Below, piece by piece: positions 29,243 through 40,028 of a DNA stretch of 64,000 nt. The notes beneath the pieces are model-generated. The model had not been told where the DNA came from and made no database searches. It saw only the letters and a list, made by a program, of their open reading frames with translations. This stretch comes from an uncultured Methanomicrobiaceae archaeon (GTDB taxonomy: Archaea > Halobacteriota > Methanomicrobia > Methanomicrobiales > Methanoculleaceae). The stretch is from positions 448,001-512,000 of the forward strand of contig CAWGXH010000003.1 in NCBI GenBank assembly GCA_963826525.1, in the 5' to 3' direction. Within the stretch, counting starts at the first letter, position 1; the number at the start of each line of letters is the position of its first letter. The position numbers and the translations under genes were made by a program.

Positions 29243-31690
29243 AACAGGATGCAAAGTATATCCGCTGGTTCGAGGATATCCGAAACGAAGATGTTCCTCT
29301 GGTCGGCGGGAAAAATGCCTCACTCGGTGAGATGTACAGTGAACTGACCGCAAAAGGCGTGAAGATCCCGGGCGGCTTCGCCATTACCGCCGACGGCTAC
29401 TGGCACGTGCTGAAGGCCGGGGGAATCCTCGACGAGATGAAGTCCGCCATGGAAGGGCTGGACCGGAACAGTGTCGCCGATCTCGCGACCCGGGGGAAAC
29501 GTGCACGCGACCTCATCCTCGGGGCAGGCATCCCGGACGATCTCTGGGCCGAGGTGAAGGCCGCATACGATATGCTCTGCGACGAGTACGGCGCGGATAC
29601 CGATGTCGCGGTCAGGAACTCCGCGACGGCCGAAGACCTGCCTACGGCATCGTTCGCCGGCCAGCAGGAGACCTTCCTGAATATCCGCGGGTATCAGGCA
29701 CTCCGGGAAGCAGTGAGCAAATGCCTTGCCTCCCTCTTCACCGACCGGGCGATCGCCTACCGGGTGGACAACCACTTCGACCAGTTCAAGGTCGCCCTCT
29801 CGGTCGGGATCATGAAGATGGTGCGCTCGGACTTATCTTCGAGCGGGGTCATCTTCACGCTCGACACCGACACCGGATTCCGCGATGTGGTGCTCGTCAC
29901 CGGGTCGTACGGGCTCGGTGAGAATATCGTCCAGGGCGCCGTCAACCCGGATGAGTTCTACGTCTTCAAACCGACCTTCCGGAAAGGCTTTCGGGCGCTT
30001 GTCCGGAAGAACCTCGGCGATAAAAAGATGAAACTGATCTACGGCCACGGCGGGGCAAAAGAGGTGACCCGGAATGTCGAGGTGCCGGAGGCCGATCGGA
30101 AGAAGTTCTGTATCACGGACGACGACGTGCTGACGCTCGCCGGATACGCGCTCACCATCGAGGATCATTACTCGCAGAAAGCCGGCAAACCGGTGCCGAT
30201 GGATATCGAATGGGCTAAAGACGGCGAAACCGGGGAGTTGTTTATTGTACAGGCCCGCCCCGAGACGGTGCAGTCACAGAAGACCGGGGATACCCTCGAG
30301 ACGTACCGTATCGACAAGCGAGGAACGGTTCTGGTGACGGGGAAGAGCATCGGCGATAAGATCGCTGCAGGGAAGGCTCGCGTCATCACCGATGTCTCGA
30401 GGCTCTCGACCTTCAAACCGGGCGAGATCCTGATCTCCGACACCACGACACCGGACTGGGAGCCCGTGATGAAGACGGCCGCCGCCCTCGTGACCAATCG
30501 CGGGGGAAGAACCTCCCATGCCGCCATCGTCAGCCGCGAACTCGGCATCCCTGCCGTCGTCGGCACGGATGATGCAACCGAGAAGATCCCGACGGGCACC
30601 GACGTGACGGTCAGCTGCGCCGAGGGCGAGGAGGGCTTTGTCTACGGCGGGATCCTGAAGTTCCATGTCGAAAAGACCAGCCTGAAGGACCTCAAACGGC
30701 CGAGGACCGAGATGATGATGAACCTCGGGAACCCGGACGAGGCGTTCGGGCTTGCGATGATCCCAAGCGACGGTATCGGGCTTGCCAGGATGGAGTTCAT
30801 CATTGCAAGCTCTATCAAAGTCCATCCGATGGCGCTCATTCACCCGGAAAAGGTTCAGGATGACGATGTCCGGCAGGCGATTGCGGATCTTACCTTCGGG
30901 TATGAGGATAAAAGCGAATATTTTGTCGAAAAACTCGCGCAGGGAGCCGGGACCATCGCAGCGGCGTTCTACCCGAACCCCGTCGTCGTCCGGATGAGCG
31001 ACTTCAAGACCAACGAATACGCGAACCTGCTCGGCGGGAAGGTACTTCGAGCCGGAGGAAGCCAACCCGATGCTCGGTTTCCGCGGCGCGGTCCGGTACT
31101 ACGACGAGCGCTACCGGGAGGGCTTTGCGCTCGAGTGCCGGGCGATGAAACGTGTCCGGGACGAGATGGGCCTTACGAACCTGATCGTCATGATTCCCTT
31201 CTGCCGCCGGGTCGAGGAGGCGAAGAAGGTCATCGGGGAACTCGAGAAGAACGGTCTTCGGCGCGGCGAGAACGGCCTTCAGATCTACCAGATGTGCGAA
31301 ATTCCGAATAATGTCGTACTGATCGACGAGTTCAGCGAATTCTTCGACGGATTTTCGATCGGGTCGAACGACCTGACCCAGCTCACGCTCGGCGTCGACC
31401 GTGATTCCGCGATTATTGTGCAGGAGTTCGACGAGCGCGATCCGGGTGTCGAGAAGATGGTTGCCATGGCCGTTGAAGGGTGCCGGCGAAACCACCGGCA
31501 CAGCGGGCTCTGCGGTCAGGCGCCGAGCGACTTCCCGGAGTTCGCCGACTTCCTGGTCGAGCAGGGCATCAACTCCATATCGGTCAACCCTGACGCCCTG
31601 CTGAAGATCACGCTCCGGGTGGTGGAGATGGAGGAGAAGATGAAAGCGGAAGAGGAGGAGAAGAAGAAGGTCGCAGCGGCACCCCGGTAG
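29239..31690 (+). CDS. ppsA: Phosphoenolpyruvate synthase (frameshift ~31040)
   Basis: VGGKNASLGEM, SATAEDLP.ASFAGQQET, MDIEWAKD, QARPETV, GGRTSHAAIVSRELG, NPMLGFRG, FSIGSNDLTQL, CGQAPSD. Confidence 0.95.
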
Positions 31691-32298
31691 ATACCGTTCG
31701 GGGAACGGGGGAGGGGAACACGCCCTCTCTCCGTCCTGAATTAAGGCTAGATTAACGTTATTTTCCGATTTTACGAAGGTTTCAGAGGGCCGGATTCCGG
31801 CTCTGGAATTAAACGGAGGATTTCGCTCAGATTCCTGAAAAACGGCAGAATCATAGGGGTATATCGCCCATATGAGCAGCGGTAATTTTCGGACGATGTT
31901 TCGTATGGCTCGCCCCGAGATCTGCCGTCTACGGGCTTCTGTGAGGGTCGAAATCGGCAGGATTTTTCGGTTCCGGAATTTGGGAGGGATTGCTGAACCG
32001 GATGGCGGCCGGTCGTTCACCGAAGGCCGTGAGGAGATGGGCAAGGACGTGCTTGAGAACCCGGAGCTCGTGCGGAAGCTGCTGAACGAGCTGATCGAGG
32101 AGGAGAAGCGGAAGGGGGAGATCTGATGCTCACGAATAGACCGGAGGGACGGGTTTGCTCCTCGCGGATCCGATCCGGGGAGAGACGGTACGATCGCACG
32201 TCTGCGGTGTAACGGCGAACGCGATCACCCTCAGGTACACCGAAATTAATAATTATGTTAATGTTGGTGTACTAAAAAGAGGATGTGAGAGATAGCCC

Positions 32299-33058
32299 GT
32301 GACGATCGAGATCCTGAAGGCCATCGCCCGCGACGGACAGGTGTTCACGCTCGAGCAGCCTGCACCGGAAGACCCGGATCCCGAAAAACATACTCTCAGT
32401 GATGCTTTCCCGGTGGGAAGATCGGGGTTTCGTCGAGCGGATCGAGCGGGGAAAATACCTGATCATCCCGCTGGAGAGCGAGAAGGGCAGGTACACGCTC
32501 CACGAGTTTGTGATTGCATCGCACCTCGTCCGGCCGTCCGCTATTGCGTACTGGAGCGCCCTCCACTATCACGGCCTGACCGAACAGATCCCGATAACGG
32601 TCTTTGTCCAGACGACGGCGCGGAAGAAGAACAACCAGATCGAGGTGTTCGGCGTGAACTACCGGATCGTGCGGGTAAAGCCGGAGAAGTTCTTCGGGTT
32701 CAAGAAGGAATGGATTGAGGAGACACCGGTCACCGTCACCGACAGGGAGAAGACGGTGATCGACTGCCTCGACAGACCCGAATACGCAGGAGGGATCATC
32801 GAGGTCGCAAAGGCGCTGGAGAACACATCGCTGGATCGCGAGAACCTGAGCCGGTACGCCTGGAAGATCGGGAACAATGCTGTTGTCCGGAGGCTCGGGT
32901 ACCTGAGCGAACGCATGGGAATTCCACTCGATCTGCCTCCCCCAACATCCAGAAAGTACCTCCTCCTCGATCCCACGATGCCGCACGAGGGAGAGACTGA
33001 TCCGAGGTGGCGGCTGGTCGTCAACGTCGAGAACGCGCTTCCGGAGAGCTCCGAATGA
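32299..33058 (+). CDS. abiEi: Type IV TA antitoxin, AbiEi-like (frameshift ~32390)
   Basis: N-terminal wHTH; ERIERGKY, AYWSALHYHGLTEQIP, TDREKTVIDCLDRP, RRLGYL; overlaps the downstream NTase gene (ATGA). Confidence 0.82.
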
Positions 33059-33843
33059 TACCGATCCGCGAGATTAAAGAGGCCGCCCGTGCCTTCGGGG
33101 TTCCGCCCTCGACGATCGAACGGGACTATGCACAGAACTGGCTCCTCGCTCATATGAGTGCTCTCCCTATGGCGCTGAAAGGGGAAACCGGAATCCGGAA
33201 AGTTTTCATCGAGAACTACCGTTTCTCGGACGATCTCGACTTCACTCTGTTGGAACCGTGTGATAAGGAGGCCTTGCAGGAGGCGGTGAGAGATGCAGTA
33301 GCCCGCACACGAGAGGTAAGCGGCATCAGGTTCGAGGAGGATATTGGCATTATCGAGACGGCGACCGGATTCCGGGCGACGGCCATGTTCAGGATCATCC
33401 CCATGAACGCATCCACTTCCACGAGGATCGTCATCGACCTCACGACCATGAGTAACGAAAGCGTCATGCTTCCTATTGAGACGAAACGGATCTACCACCC
33501 GTATTCGGACAACCTCAACGCCGGGGTACCCAGTTACTGCCTGGAGGAGATCATGGCCGAGAAGATCCGCTCTCTTTTCCAGCGGATACGCCCCCGGGAT
33601 ATCTACGATATCCAGAGCCTTGCCGACCGCGTGAACCCGGACGCCGTGAGGAGCATTCTCGGCCGGAAATGCGAATGCAAAGAGGTCGTCCCGGATAACT
33701 CCGCGCTCGCGGGAAGGCGCGAACGGTTCTCAGCATCATGGAACGCATCGCTCCGGCACCAGATGAAGGCCGTTCCGGATTTCGAGGAGGCATTTGAACG
33801 GGCGTTGGGGTGTGTCGAACAGTATACTCAGGCGACCGGGTGA
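33055..33843 (+). CDS. abiEii: Type IV TA toxin, AbiEii-like nucleotidyltransferase
   Basis: IERDY, LKGET (canonical KGGT), YRFSDDLDF, AEKIRSL..R.RPRDIYD. Confidence 0.85.
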   Translation: MIPIREIKEAARAFGVPPSTIERDYAQNWLLAHMSALPMALKGETGIRKVFIENYRFSDDLDFTLLEPCDKEALQEAVRDAVARTREVSGIRFEEDIGIIETATGFRATAMFRIIPMNASTSTRIVIDLTTMSNESVMLPIETKRIYHPYSDNLNAGVPSYCLEEIMAEKIRSLFQRIRPRDIYDIQSLADRVNPDAVRSILGRKCECKEVVPDNSALAGRRERFSASWNASLRHQMKAVPDFEEAFERALGCVEQYTQATG

Positions 33844-33873
33844 TGTTCCAGCATAGGTATCGGAGCGATCGGG

Positions 33874-34152
33874 ATGCCGCATACCTACGCAATCGAGATC
33901 TTCTACAGCGACGAGGATGAGGGGTTCATCGCCGTCGTTCCGGAGCTTGCCGGGTGTTCCGCATTCGGTGAGACCGACGGGGAGGCGCTCTCTGAAGTGG
34001 AGGTGGCTATCGACCTCTGGCTCGAGACTGCCCGGGAAGAGGGGCGGGAGATCCCGGAGCCGAGCAGCAATGAACGAACCGGGGACGCTCGCCTACGGCC
34101 TCGGCGGCACACCCGCCCTACCGGGAGAACCGTACCCCGCTATGGTCGATGA
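33874..34152 (+). CDS. hicB: HicB-family antitoxin
   Basis: YAIEIFYSDEDEGFIAVVPELAGCSAFGET..EAL......I..WLE.A...G..IPEP. Confidence 0.85.
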   Translation: MPHTYAIEIFYSDEDEGFIAVVPELAGCSAFGETDGEALSEVEVAIDLWLETAREEGREIPEPSSNERTGDARLRPRRHTRPTGRTVPRYGR

Positions 34153-36562
34153 TCTCGTACGTCCTGACCTTGACAAAATCCAGGACCAAAAAGCCGATGA
34201 TCGCATAGAGCCAGACGAACCCTGCCAGGTACCAGCCGATCGGCGTGACGAAGATCCCGTATACCACGATGATGGTAGCAATGACCTTGGTAATGATGGC
34301 CGACCAGAGCAGAGCCGATCCCGGCCTGACCGACCAGAAGGGACCCCTCGTTCGGGTGACGAAGATGGTGAGGTGCCCCGCCACCGCCAGTTTCAGGAAG
34401 ATGAGCGACTGAATGACCGGAAGGCTCAGGTGCAGCGGTCCCTGTGCGATGTACAGGAGGGTGAATGAAAAGACGACTCCCACAAAGCCGAGGACCGTCG
34501 AGAGGGTGAGGATCTCCTGCATCTTCCACTTTTCAGGGGATTTTGAGTAGATGACGTTGTCGTAGGCGATGGTCATGATCGGAATATCGTTCAGGAGCGC
34601 CAGCAGCACGATCATGAGAGCGGTGATCGGAAAGAAGTTGAAGAACAGAATGGAGAAGGTGACGAAGAAGAGCACGCGGATGGTCTCGGTAATACGGTAG
34701 ATCACGTAGTGATTCATCCGCTGAAAGATCTTCCGGCTCTCTTTTATCGCATCGATGATAACCGAGAGCCCGGGCTTTGTGAACACGATCGATGCCGCCG
34801 ATTTCGCCGCATCCGTGGCGCCGGCAACTGCGATACCGACGTCCGCCTTTTTGAGGGCGGGCGCATCATTCACGCCGTCGCCGGTCATGCCGACGATGTG
34901 TCCCCGCCCCTCCAGGAGCGAGACGATACGGTACTTATGTTCGGGAAACACTTCGGCAAAACCGTCCGCCTTTTCCACGATCTCTCCCGCCTCGGTGTCG
35001 TGCTCGTTCAGGAAGGCATCGGCAGTGACGATATCGGACTTTAAGTTCACTTCCCGTGCAATCTCCCTGGCGATTGCCACGTGGTCGCCGGTGACCATCT
35101 TGATCTCAAGCCCCATCTCCTGCGCCGTCTTGATGGTTGCCGCCGAATCGGCACGGGGCGGATCATGGAGACCGAGCACCCCGGTATAGACCCAGACATC
35201 GTTGTCGCTGCTCCTCGCCACGCCGAGCATACGGAACCCTTTTTTCGCAAAGTCATTCGAGAGCTCGTCGATGCGCTCTTCGAGGTCCTTGCTCCCGCCT
35301 GTGAGCTGCAGGATCACCTGCGGCGCACCCTTTGCCACGCTGAACCGAGCGCCGTCCGCACCCTCTATGGTGGCCTGTGTGCGCTTAACGACGGGATCGA
35401 AGGGTTTGAAATTCAGAACCTTGTATGCGGCGGCTTTTTCCTGCCGACCTTTAGCCTGTTCCGACGTGATGATCGCCATGTCGATGGGGTCCTGATCCTC
35501 CTCCCTCGATGCGAGTATGGCGTCCAGCAGCACGTCCTCCTTCGTGACCGCTTCGAACGGCACGATATCGGAGAGGGTGAGGCTGTTCTCCGTTATCGTT
35601 CCGGTTTTATCGCAGCAGAGCACGTCGACCCCGGCCATCTCTTCGATGGCAACGAGCTTGCTGACGATGGCTTCTTTCCTGGCGAGCGCCACCGCCCCGA
35701 CTGCCATGGTGATGGACAGGACAGCCGGCATTGCCGCAGGAATCGCCGCCACGATCAGGACGAGTGCGAACTGGAGCGTGTCGAGCAGGTTTTCCTGCCG
35801 GAAGATCGAGACGATGAAGGTGACGGCAACCATGGCGATTGCCATGATGATGAGATAATCCCCTATTTTGACAACGGCTCTCTGGAAGTGGCTGACGGTT
35901 ACCGCCTCTTCGGCGAGCCGGGCGGTTTTGCCGAAGAAGGTATCCACTCCTGTGGATACCACCAGTCCGGTCATTTCACCCTGCTTCACAATGGAGCCGG
36001 CATAGCCGACGTCCGAGATCTGTTTGTCGACCGGCATCGACTCCCCGGTCAGTGCGGATTCGTCTGCCGAGAGGTACTCCCCCTCGATGAGCTTGATGTC
36101 CGCGGGGACGACATCCCCGAGCCGGATACGGACGATGTCGCCGGGCACGAGCTCGCGTGCGGGCAGTTTCTGCCATCTGCCGTCGCGCAGCACCCGTGCC
36201 TCGAGCGCAAGCCGTTCTCTCAGCATCTCGATGGCGTTTCCTGCCTGCCGCTCCTGCCAGAAACCGACAATCGCGTTGATGAGGAGCAGTGAGGAGATGA
36301 TCGCGAAGTCCTCCCAGCGCTGAATGACGGCAGAGATGACCAGGGCCGCTTCGATCATCAACGGGATAGGGCCCCAGAAATACTTCAGGAACTTGAGAAT
36401 CGGGTTCTCTTTCTTCTCCGGAATCTCGTTGTACCCATATGTCTGAACGCGGTTTTGAGCCTCGGACCCGGTCAGCCCTTCCCGTTGCGATGAGAGGGTC
36501 TCGAAGAGATCATCTATGGTTTTGCCTTTGGCCTCCTCCGTAGTGATCAGCTGTCCCGCCAT
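34118..36562 (-). CDS. P-type IIIA plasma-membrane H+-ATPase, copy 2 (intact)
   Basis: TGES, CCDKTGT, KGAP, FPEHKY, MTGDGVNDAPALKKADVGIA, YRI, LLND; close paralog of 17469..19917. Confidence 0.95.
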   Translation of the reverse strand: MAGQLITTEEAKGKTIDDLFETLSSQREGLTGSEAQNRVQTYGYNEIPEKKENPILKFLKYFWGPIPLMIEAALVISAVIQRWEDFAIISSLLLINAIVGFWQERQAGNAIEMLRERLALEARVLRDGRWQKLPARELVPGDIVRIRLGDVVPADIKLIEGEYLSADESALTGESMPVDKQISDVGYAGSIVKQGEMTGLVVSTGVDTFFGKTARLAEEAVTVSHFQRAVVKIGDYLIIMAIAMVAVTFIVSIFRQENLLDTLQFALVLIVAAIPAAMPAVLSITMAVGAVALARKEAIVSKLVAIEEMAGVDVLCCDKTGTITENSLTLSDIVPFEAVTKEDVLLDAILASREEDQDPIDMAIITSEQAKGRQEKAAAYKVLNFKPFDPVVKRTQATIEGADGARFSVAKGAPQVILQLTGGSKDLEERIDELSNDFAKKGFRMLGVARSSDNDVWVYTGVLGLHDPPRADSAATIKTAQEMGLEIKMVTGDHVAIAREIAREVNLKSDIVTADAFLNEHDTEAGEIVEKADGFAEVFPEHKYRIVSLLEGRGHIVGMTGDGVNDAPALKKADVGIAVAGATDAAKSAASIVFTKPGLSVIIDAIKESRKIFQRMNHYVIYRITETIRVLFFVTFSILFFNFFPITALMIVLLALLNDIPIMTIAYDNVIYSKSPEKWKMQEILTLSTVLGFVGVVFSFTLLYIAQGPLHLSLPVIQSLIFLKLAVAGHLTIFVTRTRGPFWSVRPGSALLWSAIITKVIATIIVVYGIFVTPIGWYLAGFVWLYAIIGFLVLDFVKVRTYEIIDHSGVRFSR

Positions 36563-36986
36563 GGCGCCCCGCGGCACTCTTTTCAAACCATACTATATAA
36601 ACTGCAATGATTCGCCGGGGGGATGCAGGCGGATGCATTGCACGGATGTCGGCATCCGCCCCCCCCTCAGGCCCGATGGTGCCGGGCAAATCCATGGGGA
36701 TCAGAGTGCCGGCACCGCGACATCAGACAATTCCGTACACATCCCGTGGAAACCCTGGCGCCGGGTACGGGGCAAATCGTTAGCGTGGACCTCCAGGCCG
36801 TTCCGATCGCTTTTCGACCGCTACCCGGGAAGGGCGGCCGGTGCCCGAAGCGCTTGAAGTGGAGGCTTATGGGGATCAGAACCGGGGTTCGGAGTAGCCT
36901 TTCCTACATGGCTGCCTGACCGGAGCAACGCTACGGATGGGCCCCCAACGCAATGATTATATATAGTGTGTGTACTGGGTCTCCCT

Positions 36987-37490
36987 ATGAGACCAATAGG
37001 AGTTCTTCTCATGGCACTTCTTGTGGTGAGCGCATGCGTTCTCATCGCAGGGTGCACATCGCCCAGCGGGAACGCCACCACCCAGGCGACGACTCCGCCA
37101 ACCACGGCGGCAACGAATGCAACGAATACCACGGCGTATACCGTGATGACCGCCTCGAGCAGCCAGCTGGGGACATACCTGGTCGACGGGAAGGGAGTGA
37201 CCCTGTACAATTTCACGATTGACTCCAAGGATCAGAGTGCCTGCAGCGGAGCATGCGTGAATGTGTGGCCGGTCTTCTATGCCTCGTCAATAACCGTCCC
37301 GTCCGATCTGAATGCGTCCGACTTCACCTCGTTTACCAGGAGTGATGGGGCGATGCAGACCGCATACAAGGGAATGCCCCTGTACTACTATGCCGCGGAT
37401 ACATCGCCGGGTCAGACCACCGGGCAGGGACTGAATCAGTTCGGCGGCCTCTGGTACGTCATTCCCCCGGATTCCCCCGGGTATGCGTAA
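36987..37490 (+). CDS. Lipoprotein with Lipoprotein_15 (Yx4D) domain
   Basis: IAGC lipobox; domain highly similar to the C-domain of 12141..13193; TTATATATA box at ~36957; T-tract after the stop. Confidence 0.88.
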   Translation: MRPIGVLLMALLVVSACVLIAGCTSPSGNATTQATTPPTTAATNATNTTAYTVMTASSSQLGTYLVDGKGVTLYNFTIDSKDQSACSGACVNVWPVFYASSITVPSDLNASDFTSFTRSDGAMQTAYKGMPLYYYAADTSPGQTTGQGLNQFGGLWYVIPPDSPGYA

Positions 37491-37555
37491 CTCAATTATC
37501 CTTTTTTCAACTGTCCTGTTCCCGCACAGCTTCGCGGTCCGATGTCCCATGCGCA

Positions 37556-37640
37556 GACCATCACCGGCCCTGCAACCACGACCTACACCTTGACCGCACC
37601 GAGCCCCAGCCCGGACACCGATGCTTTCCGGTGCTATTGC
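37556..37640 (+). pseudogene. Cupredoxin C-terminal remnant
   Basis: TITGPATTTYTLTAPSPSPDTDAFRC vs IITGPATTTYTFTAPSQPGTYFFRC of 16288..16738; the distal His and Met are lost. Confidence 0.7.
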
Positions 37641-37839
37641 ACACTTGCAGCAGCCTCAAAGGGAGGGGGGATGGCCTCCCTTGCCGGGATCGGCAGCGTC
37701 TTGCCGTTCGGGTCCCTGTATGGGGCGCTGCCGGGCACCGGCAGTCCTGCACCGCTCACGGTGATACTTGCCCCGCTGACTGCTCTTCTCCTCTGTGGGA
37801 TTTCGCCGTCTCCCCGCGCCTGTTTCGTGGCCTGTAAGG

Positions 37840-38095
37840 TGGGATGACCTCCTATTCATAGTTCGTCCATAGTCTTCAAATCCCTCAGGGAACCCTTTCA
37901 ACGACCCAAGTATATTACCATATCTTCGCGACCCGGTGTGCAAAATCTCTAGGGAAACGCCCTCGCTCTTCTCGATATAATTAAAGTGTAAAAACAGCGT
38001 ATTTTCCACGTTTTCGTATGAAAAATTTATTGAGCGATTTGATTGTGCCAACACCCGAACTCGTAATACGTTAGCGTCTTTCAGAGAATTATGAG
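37840..38095 (-). pseudogene. Lower-GC gene fragment of unknown family
   Basis: AT-richer stretch reading ...LHFNYIEKSEGVSLEILHTG...ILGSLKG with no clear start or stop of its own. Confidence 0.35.
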
Positions 38096-38099
38096 AAAT

Positions 38100-39146
38100 T
38101 CACCTCCCTGGCGCAACCATTGATTTGGATTGAGGCATCTTTGCACTGAAGGTCCTTCGGATGTGCGGTGCACCAAGGTATGGGAACTCGTAGAGCATGT
38201 CAGCGTGTGGTCCTGTCTTGTCACTGGTCACTTTGCCGTTGAACACCGTCAGAAAGAGGCCTTTCCCATCGTCCGTGGGCTTCCTCCCGTTTGCGGGATA
38301 CGCTGCTTCCTTCTTGGGATCATAGGGCAATACATCAGGCAACAGGCTTCTCGCTGCCGCTTCCGCCCCTTTCTGGGTATACCCACCGGTCTGCTCCAGA
38401 ACATGTGCGAACATAGGCACAAATCGCTCGTCTTGCGCCGGCTCGCCATCCAGGTATGCCTCTCTCTGGGCTTCCGCCATAAAGGGGGTCTGGGAGGGTC
38501 TCGCACCGCGGTCCGCCTGCACCCAAGCACCGTCAACCTGCAAGAACGTCCGAACCCATAAGTTCAACCTTACTCCACCGCCAAATTCACTGACGGGCAA
38601 CTCTAAGGCTATGCTGCAGACATCCTTGTCGGCAAACCAGTCCGTCCCGGTGAACTGCATATTGTTCAAAACACCACCGACATCGAAGAAGAACGGATCG
38701 CTGCGCCAGCCAGCGAACAAGCGATAAGCACCAGACTCCGCCACCTTTGCCTCGGGACCCATTGAAACGGGCGATCCCTGGAAGATAACCTTTCCGTCTT
38801 CACCCCTTTTGGCAACCTCTGCTCCCTCCGCTCGACGTACAGTCGCCGTCATCATACCATTTTCGTTATAGGAGAAGCGCATTCGATAAGCAATGTCAGC
38901 GACCATATCCCCGTTTGTGTCTACCCTTAGTTCATAGAGACCCTCCGGCGCGTAGGGTTCGTTGGTTGTCGGTTCCTGCTGGTTGAACGGTTTCTCTGGA
39001 TTGAACCCATGAGAAGGATGCGTATTTATGATAATGATGGACTTGCTGGCGTCGCCGGGTTTGGGAAAGGCAAAAAGATCGGTGAAATCCACACGAGCGT
39101 CTCCACGAGGGAAGCCAAAATTTGGTCCTGAATAATGGTGTGTCAT
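38100..39146 (-). CDS. DUF4331-family protein
   Basis: HH.SGP...D.TDLFAF, YELRVDTNGD.VAD, FAG.RSDPFFFD, Q.DR.ARP, LLPD.L, NGR..TDD, FPYLG.PH. Confidence 0.8.
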   Translation of the reverse strand: MTHHYSGPNFGFPRGDARVDFTDLFAFPKPGDASKSIIIINTHPSHGFNPEKPFNQQEPTTNEPYAPEGLYELRVDTNGDMVADIAYRMRFSYNENGMMTATVRRAEGAEVAKRGEDGKVIFQGSPVSMGPEAKVAESGAYRLFAGWRSDPFFFDVGGVLNNMQFTGTDWFADKDVCSIALELPVSEFGGGVRLNLWVRTFLQVDGAWVQADRGARPSQTPFMAEAQREAYLDGEPAQDERFVPMFAHVLEQTGGYTQKGAEAAARSLLPDVLPYDPKKEAAYPANGRKPTDDGKGLFLTVFNGKVTSDKTGPHADMLYEFPYLGAPHIRRTFSAKMPQSKSMVAPGR

Positions 39147-39458
39147 GAAAGCACCAGCGGGTTAGGGTCACCTTACTTATTTAAACATTTGTGTCCGTAT
39201 AGCGCAATCACCCATTGTAACTGCACCGTGCAATTACAATTGAATCAATCAAACGAAAGGTCACATCTAGTCCAAATGCAATTTGTTAAAACGAAAGATG
39301 TCTGTGCTATCTAAACCAGAACAGCGCGTAATAGGCTTCGGACATCCACACCGATTCCGAAATGATGGCTGATTAGCCAGTCGGGGGTCTCCGTGGATCT
39401 CTTCGTAGACCCTCATCAGCGTGCCTTCGGGGATCACCTCGATCAGATATTGGATCGC

Positions 39459-39548
39459 CCTTTCCGCTCTTCGCATTCTGCTTCATGTAGTGCAGCGTCC
39501 CCTTCGAGAACCCCATCTTCTTCATTCCGTATACGACATAGTCGAGAG
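39459..39548 (-). pseudogene. Probable remnant of the C-terminal HTH of a methanogen stand-alone Cas1
   Basis: Reframed: LSTMSYTE(W)KKMGFSKGTLHYMKQNAKSGK; family assignment is from my recollection of Methanomicrobia Cas1-solo C-termini, not a search. Confidence 0.55.
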
Positions 39549-39588
39549 GGGAAGGCTTTTTTTCCGCCAACCATCACAAGGACACACC

Positions 39589-40028
39589 ATGCACCAGGTA
39601 ATCTATGACTCACGAGGCGGCAACACCAAAAAGGTGGCGGATGCGATCGCCGAGGAGTGGGTGTTGCGGCGGAGGATGTCAGGACCGCTTCCCTCGGACC
39701 GGCCGACGGCATCCTGTTCCTCGGCTCGGGCTGCTACGGTGGCAGGCCCGGAGAATATATGGCGGAGTTTATCGAGAAGAACGATTTCAAGGGCAGGCGG
39801 GTCGCCCTGTTCGGTACCACCGAGGGAGGCACGGGCATTGAAGTGAAAACTATGGAGGAGGCCTTGGAAGAGGAGGGTGCCGAGGTGCTGGGGAGTTATT
39901 TCTGCAAGATTCAGGCAATCGGGCTCTTCAGCCGTGACCACCCGGATTCCGACGAGATCGACGCCGCCAGGACGTTCGCCAGGGAAACGGCCGGTCTCCC
40001 ATCACTTCGCCACCCTGTATCGCGATGA
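39589..40028 (+). CDS. Flavodoxin, copy 1 (frameshift ~39660)
   Basis: VIYDSRGGNTKKVADAIA, FLGSGCYGG, VALFGT, HPD......AR.FA. Confidence 0.85.

Noticed and set aside
39459-39548. Casposon or Sec read-through at the TGA in the Cas1-like remnant
   Set aside because: Only ~30 codons survive, the frame also shifts, and no PolB, TIRs or Cas1 catalytic domain are nearby.
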